DNA of 64,000 bases from an uncultured Candidatus Saccharibacteria bacterium (GTDB lineage Bacteria; Patescibacteriota; Minisyncoccia; UBA9983), in the NCBI GenBank assembly GCA_964438405.1, contig CAYTKF010000002.1, forward strand, positions 12,404 to 76,403. Reading direction: 5' to 3'. The translations under genes were made by a program, and so were the position numbers. Positions within the stretch are counted from its first letter, which is position 1, and every line of letters begins with the position of its first letter. This document shows, one piece after another, positions 24,461 through 33,270 of this stretch. The notes under the pieces are model-generated. The model was not told the origin of the DNA and did not search any database. It saw nothing but the letters and a program-made list of their open reading frames with translations.

Positions 24461-25666
24461 TTACGGCATCAGATTTTTAAACCACCTTCCCATGTTTGAA
24501 AAGATGCCGCGAGCGGAAATTGTAGAATTTGAAAGTTCTGTTGATGATTCTGTTGTTGACATTAAACATAATCCCAAAGCTGTTGACCATGCCGGGTCGT
24601 TGAAAATCATTTCTTTGGTTGAATTGGTGTTGGCAGTGATATTTCTTGAAGAATTATTTATTGTTGTTGCGTAGCTTCCGATTTTCGCCGGCAAATGCAG
24701 GCTGCTCTTGGCAATATCTTCCAAACTAAAAAGACTTGAACCTCCGCCGGTTAAAATTATTCCACCGGGAAGCATTTCCTGTCTTCCGATTTTTTTGAGG
24801 TGGTTTTCTATCAATTCAAAAATGTCATCCATGCGCGCCTCAATAATATCCTCTAGTTTTCTTTTTGGCGGCGGATTTTCTGTACCGTAATTTATCTTCA
24901 TTTTTTCTGCCTCTTCCAATGGGATTTGAAAGCCCAATGCAATATCGCTTGTTATGTAGTTGGAACCGATAAGAAATACCTCTAAAGAAATAGGCAGTCC
25001 TTCTTCAAAAACAATAACAGAAACAGTTGTGGAGCCGATATTTACCAGGACACAGCCGACCTCTTTCTGATTTTTTGTGAGAAGGGCGTTGGCCATTGCC
25101 AGAGGAGAGGCAATAATGTCATCAACAACCACGCCTGCTCCCTCAACGCATTTTATCAAATTAGAGATGTGTTGATTGAGGCAGGTTATAAAAAGAGTTT
25201 CTGTTTCCAGTTTTGAGCCGGTCATGCCAGCAGGCCTGCCCCAGACAAGATTGTTGTCTATCTTAAAATACAAGGGAATGGAATGAATGATTCTGCGATT
25301 GGAAATATTCGGCAGATTTGCCTCGCTTTGCTCTACAACTCTTTTAACGTCATTGTCCGTAACTTCGCCGTCGGCGCGCGATATCATGACCATACCTTTT
25401 GATTTTATGGAACCAAGGCCGATTCCATTTACGGCAACAACACTGTTTTTAATGGAAACGCCTGATGTTTTTTCTGCAGAATGCAGGGCAAGAGAGATGC
25501 TTTTGGTGGCGTTTTCTATGTCAGACACAAAACCCTTTTTTATGCCGTCAGACGGCTTTTGGCTGGCGCTTAAAATATTTAATCCGCCGTCTTTTTTTTC
25601 TTCAGCCACAATGACTCTTATGGTAGAGCTTCCCGCGTCTATGCCTGTTATAATATTTCTTGCCAC
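24461..25666 (-). CDS. ftsA: Cell division protein FtsA
   Basis: Actin-like ATPase N-terminus IITGIDAGSSTIRVIV, DIGSTTVSV-like segment, LTGGGS. Immediately upstream of ftsZ. Confidence 0.85.
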   Translation of the reverse strand: MARNIITGIDAGSSTIRVIVAEEKKDGGLNILSASQKPSDGIKKGFVSDIENATKSISLALHSAEKTSGVSIKNSVVAVNGIGLGSIKSKGMVMISRADGEVTDNDVKRVVEQSEANLPNISNRRIIHSIPLYFKIDNNLVWGRPAGMTGSKLETETLFITCLNQHISNLIKCVEGAGVVVDDIIASPLAMANALLTKNQKEVGCVLVNIGSTTVSVIVFEEGLPISLEVFLIGSNYITSDIALGFQIPLEEAEKMKINYGTENPPPKRKLEDIIEARMDDIFELIENHLKKIGRQEMLPGGIILTGGGSSLFSLEDIAKSSLHLPAKIGSYATTINNSSRNITANTNSTKEMIFNDPAWSTALGLCLMSTTESSTELSNSTISARGIFSNMGRWFKNLMP

Positions 25667-25700
25667 TTTAATTAAAATTCTAAATTCTAAATACTAAATT

Positions 25701-26015
25701 CTAAACTTTGGTGTTAATTTTAAATAGTTCGGCTAATTGTTTTTCTTTGGTGTTCATTTTTTTGCCGTGCTCTAAACCCCTTAAGTGGAGAAGAGAATGG
25801 AGAAATAAATAATCTGCGTTCTTTATGTTTTTTTTACTTATTAAAATCTCTCCGCTGTTTTTTGAATAAAGAAAAGAAAGAACATTTGCCGGCTTATTTT
25901 TTTTGCGGTACATCTTGTTGAATTTTTTCATCAAAAAACTTTCAACAAAGGCAACGCTCAAATCAAAATTCTTACCAAGCACTTTCTTCTTAATCTCCTC
26001 CCACTTTCTCCTCAT
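25701..26015 (-). CDS. ybeY: rRNA maturation endoribonuclease YbeY (short form)
   Basis: KNKPANVLSF and HSLLHLRGLEH match the YbeY KDKPTDVLSF / HGxLHLxGYDH motifs. Only 104 aa; the N-terminus may be mis-called. Confidence 0.65.
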   Translation of the reverse strand: MRRKWEEIKKKVLGKNFDLSVAFVESFLMKKFNKMYRKKNKPANVLSFLYSKNSGEILISKKNIKNADYLFLHSLLHLRGLEHGKKMNTKEKQLAELFKINTKV

Positions 26016-26131
26016 AATTTTAACACAAATAATTTATATTGCTATTTTACTAAAAAAATAGGGTGTAGTCAAAATATTGACTTTTTTGTGGTGATATTGC
26101 TAGTATAGAAAACGGAAGGAGGTTCATTTAG

Positions 26132-26512
26132 ATGAGCCAGCTGAATCAACAAGAAAAAGAAAGGTTCGTATTATTGCTCCTCAAAGGCCATAATTTGTGG
26201 AGCGACGAAGATATTACGGTCCTTTTGGCCCATTCTGAAGAAATTAAAGAAATAGTCTATATTCTTTGGAGATCTTTTCCTGAATTCATTGAACAGGTTC
26301 GAAGATACCGTGCTCGCAAAAAGGAACTTTCCAAGCTTCCAACCGAGGAATTGCTTGTAAAACAGAGGGCTATCAGTGATCACAGGGCGGCTGCGATGGC
26401 GAATGACCCGGACGACACAGAACTTCCTGACTCGTTTTTTGAGGCGCCACCCTTTTATTCTGACGAAAGTATTATCTACGAAATTCTTGAAGAAAGGAAA
26501 ATGGCCGCTTAA
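26132..26512 (+). CDS. Hypothetical acidic protein
   Basis: 126 aa, RBS GGAAGGAGG, own promoter-like TTGACT...TAGTAT, own terminator. No recognisable motif. Confidence 0.45.
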   Translation: MSQLNQQEKERFVLLLLKGHNLWSDEDITVLLAHSEEIKEIVYILWRSFPEFIEQVRRYRARKKELSKLPTEELLVKQRAISDHRAAAMANDPDDTELPDSFFEAPPFYSDESIIYEILEERKMAA

Positions 26513-26537
26513 GGGCAATAATCTTTTTTTTGAACAA

Positions 26538-26570
26538 AGCTGTTGGTTCGCCAACAGCCCTTTTTTTATT
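26538..26570 (+). terminator. Rho-independent terminator
   Basis: AGCTGTTGG-TTCG-CCAACAGC followed by CCTTTTTTTATT. Confidence 0.7.
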
Positions 26571-26787
26571 CTATTTTTCCTAATTTTCTTAAAAGCTCCC
26601 GTTCTTTGCGTTTTCCCGCGCGTTTGAGAGCGTCTTTTTTCTTTTTCAATTCTGATTTTGGGCGCGTCTTAAATCGGTTTTTGCGAACCAATGGCAAAAT
26701 CCCCGAGTCCTTGATTCTTTTGGTGAATCTTCTTATCAAATTAACGCTTGATTCTCCTTCGCCCCGCCTTACTTCTATCATAGGCAT
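26566..26787 (-). CDS. rpsU: Ribosomal protein S21
   Basis: MPMIEVRRGE...LRRFTKRIKDSGIL...RKNRFKTRPKSELKKKKDALKRAGKRKER, the typical basic S21. Confidence 0.85.
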   Translation of the reverse strand: MPMIEVRRGEGESSVNLIRRFTKRIKDSGILPLVRKNRFKTRPKSELKKKKDALKRAGKRKERELLRKLGKIE

Positions 26788-26794
26788 AATTAAT

Positions 26795-28096
26795 TTAGTG
26801 TTCAGCTAATTTCTTTTTAATAATTTCGACAACATCTTTTATTGGCACTGTTTCCTGACTGCCGGAATTCATATCCCGGACAATGATCGAATTTTCCATG
26901 CTTTCTTTTTGCCCCAAGATCAAAGCATAATTGACATTAAATTTTGATGCAAGATTGAGCTGGCCCCGCAGACTGTCTTTGCTGATGGACTGCGATAAAG
27001 GAAGTTTTGCCTTTCTGAACATTTCTATAACGTTTAAACTTTTATTTCTGGCTCCGGCGCCTAGCTGAATAAGAAAGACTTTTGGCTGGCGCTTTGGTCT
27101 CGGTGCAATATTTTTTTCTTTCATCAATTGCACAATTCTGTCCATACCAATGGACACTCCGGCAGCTGGCACATCTTTTTTCCCTAAAATTTTTGCGAGA
27201 TAATCATAACGGCCTCCGCCTGCCAGGGCATCTTCTAGTGGTTCTTTATTCTCGAAAAATTCAAAAACGGTTCGGTCGTAATAATCCAAACCGCGCACAA
27301 GATGGTTGTTTAAGAAATAGGGAATTTTGACAGAATCAAGCGATTCCAAAACTTCCATAAAGTGGCGCTTGCAGTTGTAGCATAAATGGTCTGTCATCTG
27401 AGGAGCGTCTTTTTTAAAGGCAATGCATTTTTCTTCTTTGCAGTCCAGAAGGCGCAGGGGATTTTCTTTTAATCTTCTTTTGCAGTCAGCACACAGATTA
27501 TTTATTCTTTTCTTATAATAATTGATAAGTTCTTTTTTAAATGCGGGCCGGCATTCTTTGTCGCCCAGAGAATTTATGTGTACAATTAAAGGTCCCAGCC
27601 CAAGTTCCTGAAAAATGAGATAAATAACCTGGATTATTATTGTTTCTGCAATTGGTTTTTCTTCACCCAAAATTTCCAGGCCGAACTGCTGGAATTCCCT
27701 GAAGCGGTTTTTCTGCGGATTTTCATGTCTGAATGCAGAGCCCTTGTACCAGAGCATAACCGGCTGAGGCAGAATGTGCATGCCGTGTTCGAGATAGGCG
27801 CGCATCACTCCGGCAGTAAATTCAGGACGCAGACTTAATTTGTCGCCGCCTCTTGTTTTGAGTGAATACATTTCTTTTTCCACAATATCTGTTGACGCTC
27901 CGACTCCTGCGGTAAAAATTTCCGTTCTTTCCAAATGGGGGATTTGTATGGGATGGAAGCCGTAATAAGAGGCAATTTCTTCCGCCCTGTCATAAATATT
28001 TTGAAAGTAAACATAATCATCGGCCAAAATGTCGCGCATGCCCTTGGGAGACTGAAGAAGTATTTTTTGTTTTTCTGTTTTATTTGGCATATGCAT
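26795..28096 (-). CDS. hisS: Histidyl-tRNA synthetase
   Basis: Class II motifs and the HisRS-specific AGGGRYDYL. A Cys4-like segment CADCKRRL...CKEEKC...CYNCKRHF lies in the insertion domain. Confidence 0.8.
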   Translation of the reverse strand: MHMPNKTEKQKILLQSPKGMRDILADDYVYFQNIYDRAEEIASYYGFHPIQIPHLERTEIFTAGVGASTDIVEKEMYSLKTRGGDKLSLRPEFTAGVMRAYLEHGMHILPQPVMLWYKGSAFRHENPQKNRFREFQQFGLEILGEEKPIAETIIIQVIYLIFQELGLGPLIVHINSLGDKECRPAFKKELINYYKKRINNLCADCKRRLKENPLRLLDCKEEKCIAFKKDAPQMTDHLCYNCKRHFMEVLESLDSVKIPYFLNNHLVRGLDYYDRTVFEFFENKEPLEDALAGGGRYDYLAKILGKKDVPAAGVSIGMDRIVQLMKEKNIAPRPKRQPKVFLIQLGAGARNKSLNVIEMFRKAKLPLSQSISKDSLRGQLNLASKFNVNYALILGQKESMENSIIVRDMNSGSQETVPIKDVVEIIKKKLAEH

Positions 28097-28580
28097 AACC
28101 TGGGAATAATCCTATTTTATTAAAAGGCCAGAGCCGGACAAGCGCTCTTCCGACCAAAAGGTTTTGGGATACTGTGCCCCAAACGCGGGAGTCAGAACTT
28201 TGAGTGGAATTATCTCCCAAAACATAATATTCTCCGTCCTGAAGAGTTACATCCTTGCCATTTATTTTAACCACGTCTTCAGGTACACCCTCAATTCTTT
28301 TTATAAAAAATTTTGACTGGTCAAGCGGATAGCGAAAAACAACCACATCTCCGATTTTCGGCGCTTCAAAACGATAAGTCAATTCATCTATAATTAAGTA
28401 ATCGCCGTTGTTAAAAGCAGGCTCCATAGACGGCCCGCTCACAATAAACGGCTGGGCGATCCAGAAGCGGATGGGCAAAACTATCAAGGTGGCAATAATG
28501 GCAAACTTAAAAATTTCCCAAAGAGAACTTTTTTGTTTTTCTTGCACCCCGTTAGAAATTTTTTTTTCTGTTTCATCCAT
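28080..28580 (-). CDS. lepB: Signal peptidase I
   Basis: GPSMEPAF (catalytic Ser box), GDNSTQSSDSRVWG and an N-terminal TM. Confidence 0.85.
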   Translation of the reverse strand: MDETEKKISNGVQEKQKSSLWEIFKFAIIATLIVLPIRFWIAQPFIVSGPSMEPAFNNGDYLIIDELTYRFEAPKIGDVVVFRYPLDQSKFFIKRIEGVPEDVVKINGKDVTLQDGEYYVLGDNSTQSSDSRVWGTVSQNLLVGRALVRLWPFNKIGLFPGYAYAK

Positions 28581-28690
28581 AATATTTATTTACCCCGTTA
28601 AAATTTCTAACGGGGCAAGTTTAAAATAATAATACAGTATTGCTTCGTTTTGCGCAAGAGCACAAAAGAAAACAGCTGTCTTTCGACAGC

Positions 28691-29002
28691 TTAATCATCC
28701 AACAAAGAACTTGGTGTTCTTACGGCTTCGTGCGTTGCACAAAACATATTTTTCAAATGAGCAATATTCGTGCGGTCGTAAATTCCGATTACGCCGAATC
28801 GACAGCCGTATTCGCAGATACGAGATTCAGTGCCGATTTTATATGTTCCTCTTTCAAGGGGGGATCTGAACATCCATACCCCATTTTCCAAATCAACCCT
28901 TTCGACGTGTGCTGGCAGATTATCTATATTTAATTCCTTTAATTTTGTGTAGCAAGTATTACCTGAATAGGATAAAACAACCAAATTTCTTGCGTCGTAC
29001 AT
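28691..29002 (-). CDS. Hypothetical protein
   Basis: 103-aa ORF with good coding appearance. No motif recognised. Confidence 0.35.
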   Translation of the reverse strand: MYDARNLVVLSYSGNTCYTKLKELNIDNLPAHVERVDLENGVWMFRSPLERGTYKIGTESRICEYGCRFGVIGIYDRTNIAHLKNMFCATHEAVRTPSSLLDD

Positions 29003-29106
29003 TGCGCACCTCCAACGATAAAACTACCAATCCGTCTTCGGTCTGTCAAGCTAAACTGCAAATATCAATTAGTAAAAATAAACGTATGTCTAAATTTACT
29101 AACAGA

Positions 29107-29706
29107 CTAGATTTTGAAAAAGGTTCTTATTTTGTTTTCGTGGAGTATTTTTTCAACGGTTAGGATTTCTACAAACGGTTCTATTTGAAAAACATTTGCT
29201 ACAAAAAGAATTTCATCTTCGCAGTCGTAAGGATAAACCCAGACGCTTTTCTGTAACTGGAAAAAATTTAAATCTTTTAATTTATTCCTTAAGGCATTTC
29301 GCGCCCTAGTAAACCTATTGGGAATATCAAAAATTACAGCTCGCCATTTTCTATCCCAATGTTTGGGTTGAGAAATAGAAAGGGAGTCAATAGAAAATTC
29401 TTTGATTCTCTTTTTACCCTTATTTGTCAGTTCAATTTTAATTTTGTCATTTTTTTCATAAATAACCTTTATAAAATTTCCTCTTTTGAGGGTATAGAAT
29501 GCCGTATTCAATTCTTTTTTAGAATATTTTTTTGATCTTCTAAAACTCTCGAATGCCTGAAAAACGTTGGGTGCCGTAGCGGCTACAAAAAATATTCCGG
29601 TAATAGCGATTATTACAAGCACTACTTTTGTGGCGGTTGCATATCCACTGTCAGAATTAAGAAAATCCTCAGTTTTCTTTTTTAATAAAGACAAATTATT
29701 TTCCAT
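29107..29706 (-). CDS. Membrane-anchored protein with a PaaX-like C-terminal domain
   Basis: N-terminal TM VVLVIIAITGIFFVAA. The C-terminus HWDRKWRAVIFDIPNRFTRARNALRNKLKDLNFFQLQKSVWVYPYD follows the PaaX_C pattern (WDGxWxxVxFxxPE...R..LR..L...GF..L..SVWV.P). Confidence 0.45.
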   Translation of the reverse strand: MENNLSLLKKKTEDFLNSDSGYATATKVVLVIIAITGIFFVAATAPNVFQAFESFRRSKKYSKKELNTAFYTLKRGNFIKVIYEKNDKIKIELTNKGKKRIKEFSIDSLSISQPKHWDRKWRAVIFDIPNRFTRARNALRNKLKDLNFFQLQKSVWVYPYDCEDEILFVANVFQIEPFVEILTVEKILHENKIRTFFKI

Positions 29707-29826
29707 AATCTTAATTTTACCTCTTCTATAATTATTTGTAAAATAAAACATATGTCTAAAATTACAAATGAGATAATTCAATTAAATTATTGGTTTTTGT
29801 AAAATTTTGTTTTATAATCTTTTCAT

Positions 29827-30342
29827 ATGCATTACGTTGTTGGTTTGGGAAATCCTGGAGAGGAATATGAATTGACTCGGCATAACACGGGCAGAATTAT
29901 TCTTGCTGATTTTGATGGTGGTAAAAATATTAAAGTTATTTTTCCCGATAATTTTATGAATAATTCCGGTAAGATTTTGAAGCCAATCATCACCTCAAAA
30001 AATAAGGCGCACAATCTTATAGTTGTTCATGATGACTTAGATTTGCCGTTAGGCAAGTTTAAAATTGTTTTTAACCGCGATTCAGCAGGACACAAAGGCG
30101 TGGAGTCAATAATAAAAAATATCAAAACAAAAGAATTTGTAAGAATCAGGGTGGGAATTTCTCCGGTAACGCCAAGCGGTAAAATAAAAAAGCCGGATGC
30201 CAAAAAAGTCATAAACCACATAATTGGCAAATTCAAACCAATAGAATTAAAAACTATAAAAAAACTTTCCAAAAAAATCACCTCGGCAATAGAGATGATA
30301 ATAGACGAAGGTGTTCAAAAGGCGATGAGTATATATAATTAA
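29827..30342 (+). CDS. pth: Peptidyl-tRNA hydrolase
   Basis: VVGLGNPGEEYELTRHNTG near the N-terminus and the HDDLDLPLGK motif. Confidence 0.9.
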   Translation: MHYVVGLGNPGEEYELTRHNTGRIILADFDGGKNIKVIFPDNFMNNSGKILKPIITSKNKAHNLIVVHDDLDLPLGKFKIVFNRDSAGHKGVESIIKNIKTKEFVRIRVGISPVTPSGKIKKPDAKKVINHIIGKFKPIELKTIKKLSKKITSAIEMIIDEGVQKAMSIYN

Positions 30343-30344
30343 AA

Positions 30345-30420
30345 CCCACCCAACCCTCCCTTATCAGGGAGGGAGTTTTATTTTTTCCTCCCCTTGATAA
30401 AGGGGAGGTCAGGTGGGGGT
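30345..30420. terminator. Nested double-hairpin terminator region between convergent pth and rpsA
   Basis: CCCACC..[CCCTCCC-TTATCA-GGGAGGG]-AGTTTTATTTTTT-[CCTCCCC-TTGATAA-AGGGGAGG]..GGTGGGGG. Confidence 0.6.
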
Positions 30421-31496
30421 TACTCTCCCACGTAATTTAGAATCAGTCTGTGGTCTTTGGGTTCAAAAATTAGAATTTGGAACGGGTAAGTTTTGCCCAG
30501 TTCCAGTTTTTCTTTCATATCTTGTTCTGATTTGAATTTAGAAATATGCACCAGGCCGGCAATGCCTTCCTCAATGCTCACCAGCGCTCCGTGCCTATTG
30601 AATTTTATGACAACGCCCTTAACGATATCCGAGACATGATATTTTTCTTTGACCTCGTTCCATGGATTGGGCTTCAGGCTTTTTATGGAAAGCGATATTT
30701 TGCCGTCGGCAATATTTATAACCTGGGCCGTGATTTTTTGCCCCACCTTAAACATATCTGACGGATTTTCAACCAATGACCAGTCCAATTCCGAAATATG
30801 CACCAGCCCCTCCAAACTCTCTGCAATTTTTACAAAAACCCCGAAATCAACAACGCCCGTGATATCTCCCTCAACAATATCTCCAATTTTGTATTTGGAA
30901 ACTATTTCTTTCATTTCCTCCATATCAGTGTCTTTTTCCGAAAAAATTAATTTTTTTTCTTTTTGATTGACCGCGATAATCACAACCTTAATTTTTTCCC
31001 CCATCATTTTTTTAAGTTCCTCTTCAACTTTTTCTTTGTCGCCGTCCTGCACTCGCGGATGATGTTCTGCCTTAAGCTGGGAGGCGGGGAGAAAACCCTG
31101 TATGGCCTTCCATTCCAAAATCAAACCACCCTTGTTCGCTCCCATAATGGGGAGGGTGAGATGAGTTTTTTCTTTTTGTAAATCTTCGGCCTCGCGCCAG
31201 ACAATTTCTTTTTTTGCCTCGCGCAAAGAAAGGGAGACGTAGCCGTCCTCATTTTCCAGTTCCAGAATCTTGGCAATTATTTTGTCACCCGGCTTCAGTG
31301 ATTTTATTATATCTTTGGCATTATTAAATTCCCGGCCGTAAATTATGCCGGTTCTGAAGGGTGATAAATCAACAAAAAGCATCGAACCTTCCTGTATTAT
31401 AACCTCGCCCTCTATCAAATCTTCAATCCTTGGCAGAGTGATAACCATTTCTTTATCCATGTTTTTTAAGTATATAGATAAAACAAATTTTTGCAA
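30420..31496 (-). CDS. rpsA: Ribosomal protein S1 (short, 4 S1 domains)
   Basis: Repeated S1/OB-fold motifs (GxV.G.V..I...G.FV.L). 358 aa. Confidence 0.75.
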   Translation of the reverse strand: MQKFVLSIYLKNMDKEMVITLPRIEDLIEGEVIIQEGSMLFVDLSPFRTGIIYGREFNNAKDIIKSLKPGDKIIAKILELENEDGYVSLSLREAKKEIVWREAEDLQKEKTHLTLPIMGANKGGLILEWKAIQGFLPASQLKAEHHPRVQDGDKEKVEEELKKMMGEKIKVVIIAVNQKEKKLIFSEKDTDMEEMKEIVSKYKIGDIVEGDITGVVDFGVFVKIAESLEGLVHISELDWSLVENPSDMFKVGQKITAQVINIADGKISLSIKSLKPNPWNEVKEKYHVSDIVKGVVIKFNRHGALVSIEEGIAGLVHISKFKSEQDMKEKLELGKTYPFQILIFEPKDHRLILNYVGE

Positions 31497-31516
31497 GAAT
31501 ATGTTAGAATATTATT

Positions 31517-32383
31517 ATGGCCATAGAAATTAAGGAAAACGAAATATTGGCCAACCATTCCACGTTTAAAATCGGCGGGCCAGCGAGGTATTTTACGACT
31601 GTTAAAAATAAAGAAGAAATTATAGAGGCCTTAAATTTTGCTAAAGATAAAAATTTGTCATATTTTGTGATTGGATGTGGAAGCAATATATTATTTAACG
31701 ATAAAGGATTTGATGGACTAATAATAAAAATTCAAATTTCAAGTTTTAAGATTCAGAATTCTATTATCACTGCCGGTTCCGGTTTTTTACTCAGCCAGCT
31801 ACTGAATTTCTGCATTCAAAATAATTTGTCAGGTCTGGAATGGGCTGTCGGCATTCCCGGAACAATCGGCGGAGCAATTGCGGACAACTGCGGAGCTTAC
31901 CTCAAAAGCATTTCCGAATCGGTTTTAAATGTTCTAGTTTTAGACAAAAATGGCAATACAAAAAATTATAATAGAGAAGAATGCAAATTTATTTACCGCG
32001 GAAGCAGGTTTAAAAGTTTAGATAATAAAGAAATTATTTTAGAAGCGGAATTTTCTTTTGAAAAAAGCGACAGAGACGTAAAAGAAAAAGTCAAAAATAT
32101 TTTGGAACAGAGAAAAGGAAAAATTCCTAGCCTTTCGTCTGTCGGATGCATATTTAAAAACGACAAAGAAAAGGCAGTAATTGCAGGCAAACTTATAGAA
32201 CAATGCGGATTGGCCGGCCATACCATTGGTCATGCCCAAATATCTGAATTACATACAAATATCATTGTAAATCTGGGCGGAGCAACGTCAAAAGACGTAC
32301 TGGAGCTTATCAGCCTTTGCAAGCAAAAAGTCAGGGAAAAGTTTAATGTGGAGCTTGAAGAAGAGGTGGTAATAATGCTATAA
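31517..32383 (+). CDS. murB: UDP-N-acetylenolpyruvoylglucosamine reductase
   Basis: FKIGGPARYF FAD-binding motif, GIPGTIGGAI, and C-terminal NLGGATSKDVLELI. Confidence 0.85.
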   Translation: MAIEIKENEILANHSTFKIGGPARYFTTVKNKEEIIEALNFAKDKNLSYFVIGCGSNILFNDKGFDGLIIKIQISSFKIQNSIITAGSGFLLSQLLNFCIQNNLSGLEWAVGIPGTIGGAIADNCGAYLKSISESVLNVLVLDKNGNTKNYNREECKFIYRGSRFKSLDNKEIILEAEFSFEKSDRDVKEKVKNILEQRKGKIPSLSSVGCIFKNDKEKAVIAGKLIEQCGLAGHTIGHAQISELHTNIIVNLGGATSKDVLELISLCKQKVREKFNVELEEEVVIML

Positions 32384-32390
32384 TTAATTC

Positions 32391-32996
32391 ATGGTTATCA
32401 CTTATTACGGAGCGGCGTGTTTTAGGGTGCAGTCTGGCGAGACTGTGCTTGTTTTTAACCCGCCGTCAAAAGATTCTGCTTTTAAATCCCCGCGTTTTCA
32501 GGCAAACATGGTTTTAATCAGTAAGAATGATAAGGATTTTAACGGCGCTGAAAGCATAGGCTCCAAAGACGAGGGCAAGCAAATTCTGGCCATAACCGGA
32601 CCGGGAGAATATGAATCCGGAGGCATACATATAAAAGGAATTTTAAATTCCGATAATTCCAACACGGTTTACACACTTGAGTTTGAGGATATAAAAATTT
32701 GCCACCTAGGCGCATTTGATGAAAAAGATTTGAAACCGGAGATGAAGGAAGAAGTCGGCGAAGTGGATATTTTATTCGCGCCGATTTCTGAAGATGACGG
32801 AGAAAGAGCGGGCAAGCTTATTGCCCAACTGGAGCCCAAAATTGCCATTCCCATGCATTTTAAAGAGGGAGCCCTTAAAAAATTTTTAAAAGAGGTTGGG
32901 GAATCGGGAATCCAACCAATGGATAAATTAACCATTAAGAAAAAAGAAATGAGCGACCAGAAAACGCGCGTGGTCGTTCTTTCACCAATGCTGTAA
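32391..32996 (+). CDS. MBL-fold metallo-hydrolase-like protein
   Basis: 201 aa, beta-lactamase-fold pattern. Weak. Confidence 0.4.
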   Translation: MVITYYGAACFRVQSGETVLVFNPPSKDSAFKSPRFQANMVLISKNDKDFNGAESIGSKDEGKQILAITGPGEYESGGIHIKGILNSDNSNTVYTLEFEDIKICHLGAFDEKDLKPEMKEEVGEVDILFAPISEDDGERAGKLIAQLEPKIAIPMHFKEGALKKFLKEVGESGIQPMDKLTIKKKEMSDQKTRVVVLSPML

Positions 32997-33000
32997 TTTT

Positions 33001-33270
33001 ATGTCCTTAATGAGAAGACTTGAAAATTTACAGAAAAAGCCCGAATCAATAAGGAGGCGGGTTTTATTTGTAAGCGTGGCAGTGATAATGTTTATTGTTA
33101 TTGTTATCTGGATTTCTACTTTTAAAATTTCTCTTAAGCCGGCAGAAGAGGCAGAAGCTGATTTCACTCCCTTTAAAATTTTTATAGACGTTGCAAAAGA
33201 CGGCTATAACGTTTCCATTGGAAGCGTTAAGACCGTGTTCGACCAAATAATGAAAATAAAAAATGAGTGA
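33001..33270 (+). CDS. Small membrane-anchored hypothetical protein
   Basis: 89 aa with one TM ([18 protein letters not shown]). Overlaps the gyrA start. Confidence 0.4.
   Translation: MSLMRRLENLQKKPESIRRRVLFVSVAVIMFIVIVIWISTFKISLKPAEEAEADFTPFKIFIDVAKDGYNVSIGSVKTVFDQIMKIKNE

Noticed and set aside
25667-25700. TAAATTC heptamer repeats (x4) between ybeY and ftsA as a CRISPR or other repeat array
   Set aside because: Only a 30-nt simple tandem repeat in a promoter gap, with no spacers. Probably a slippage product or a minor regulatory site.
28545-28615. Duplicated 15-mer AAATTTCTAACGGGG (in the lepB 5' coding region and in the upstream hairpin CCCCGTTAAAATTTCTAACGGGG) as a regulatory riboswitch-like element
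   Set aside because: A single short duplication with no T-run on either strand. Insufficient evidence, so it is noted only.
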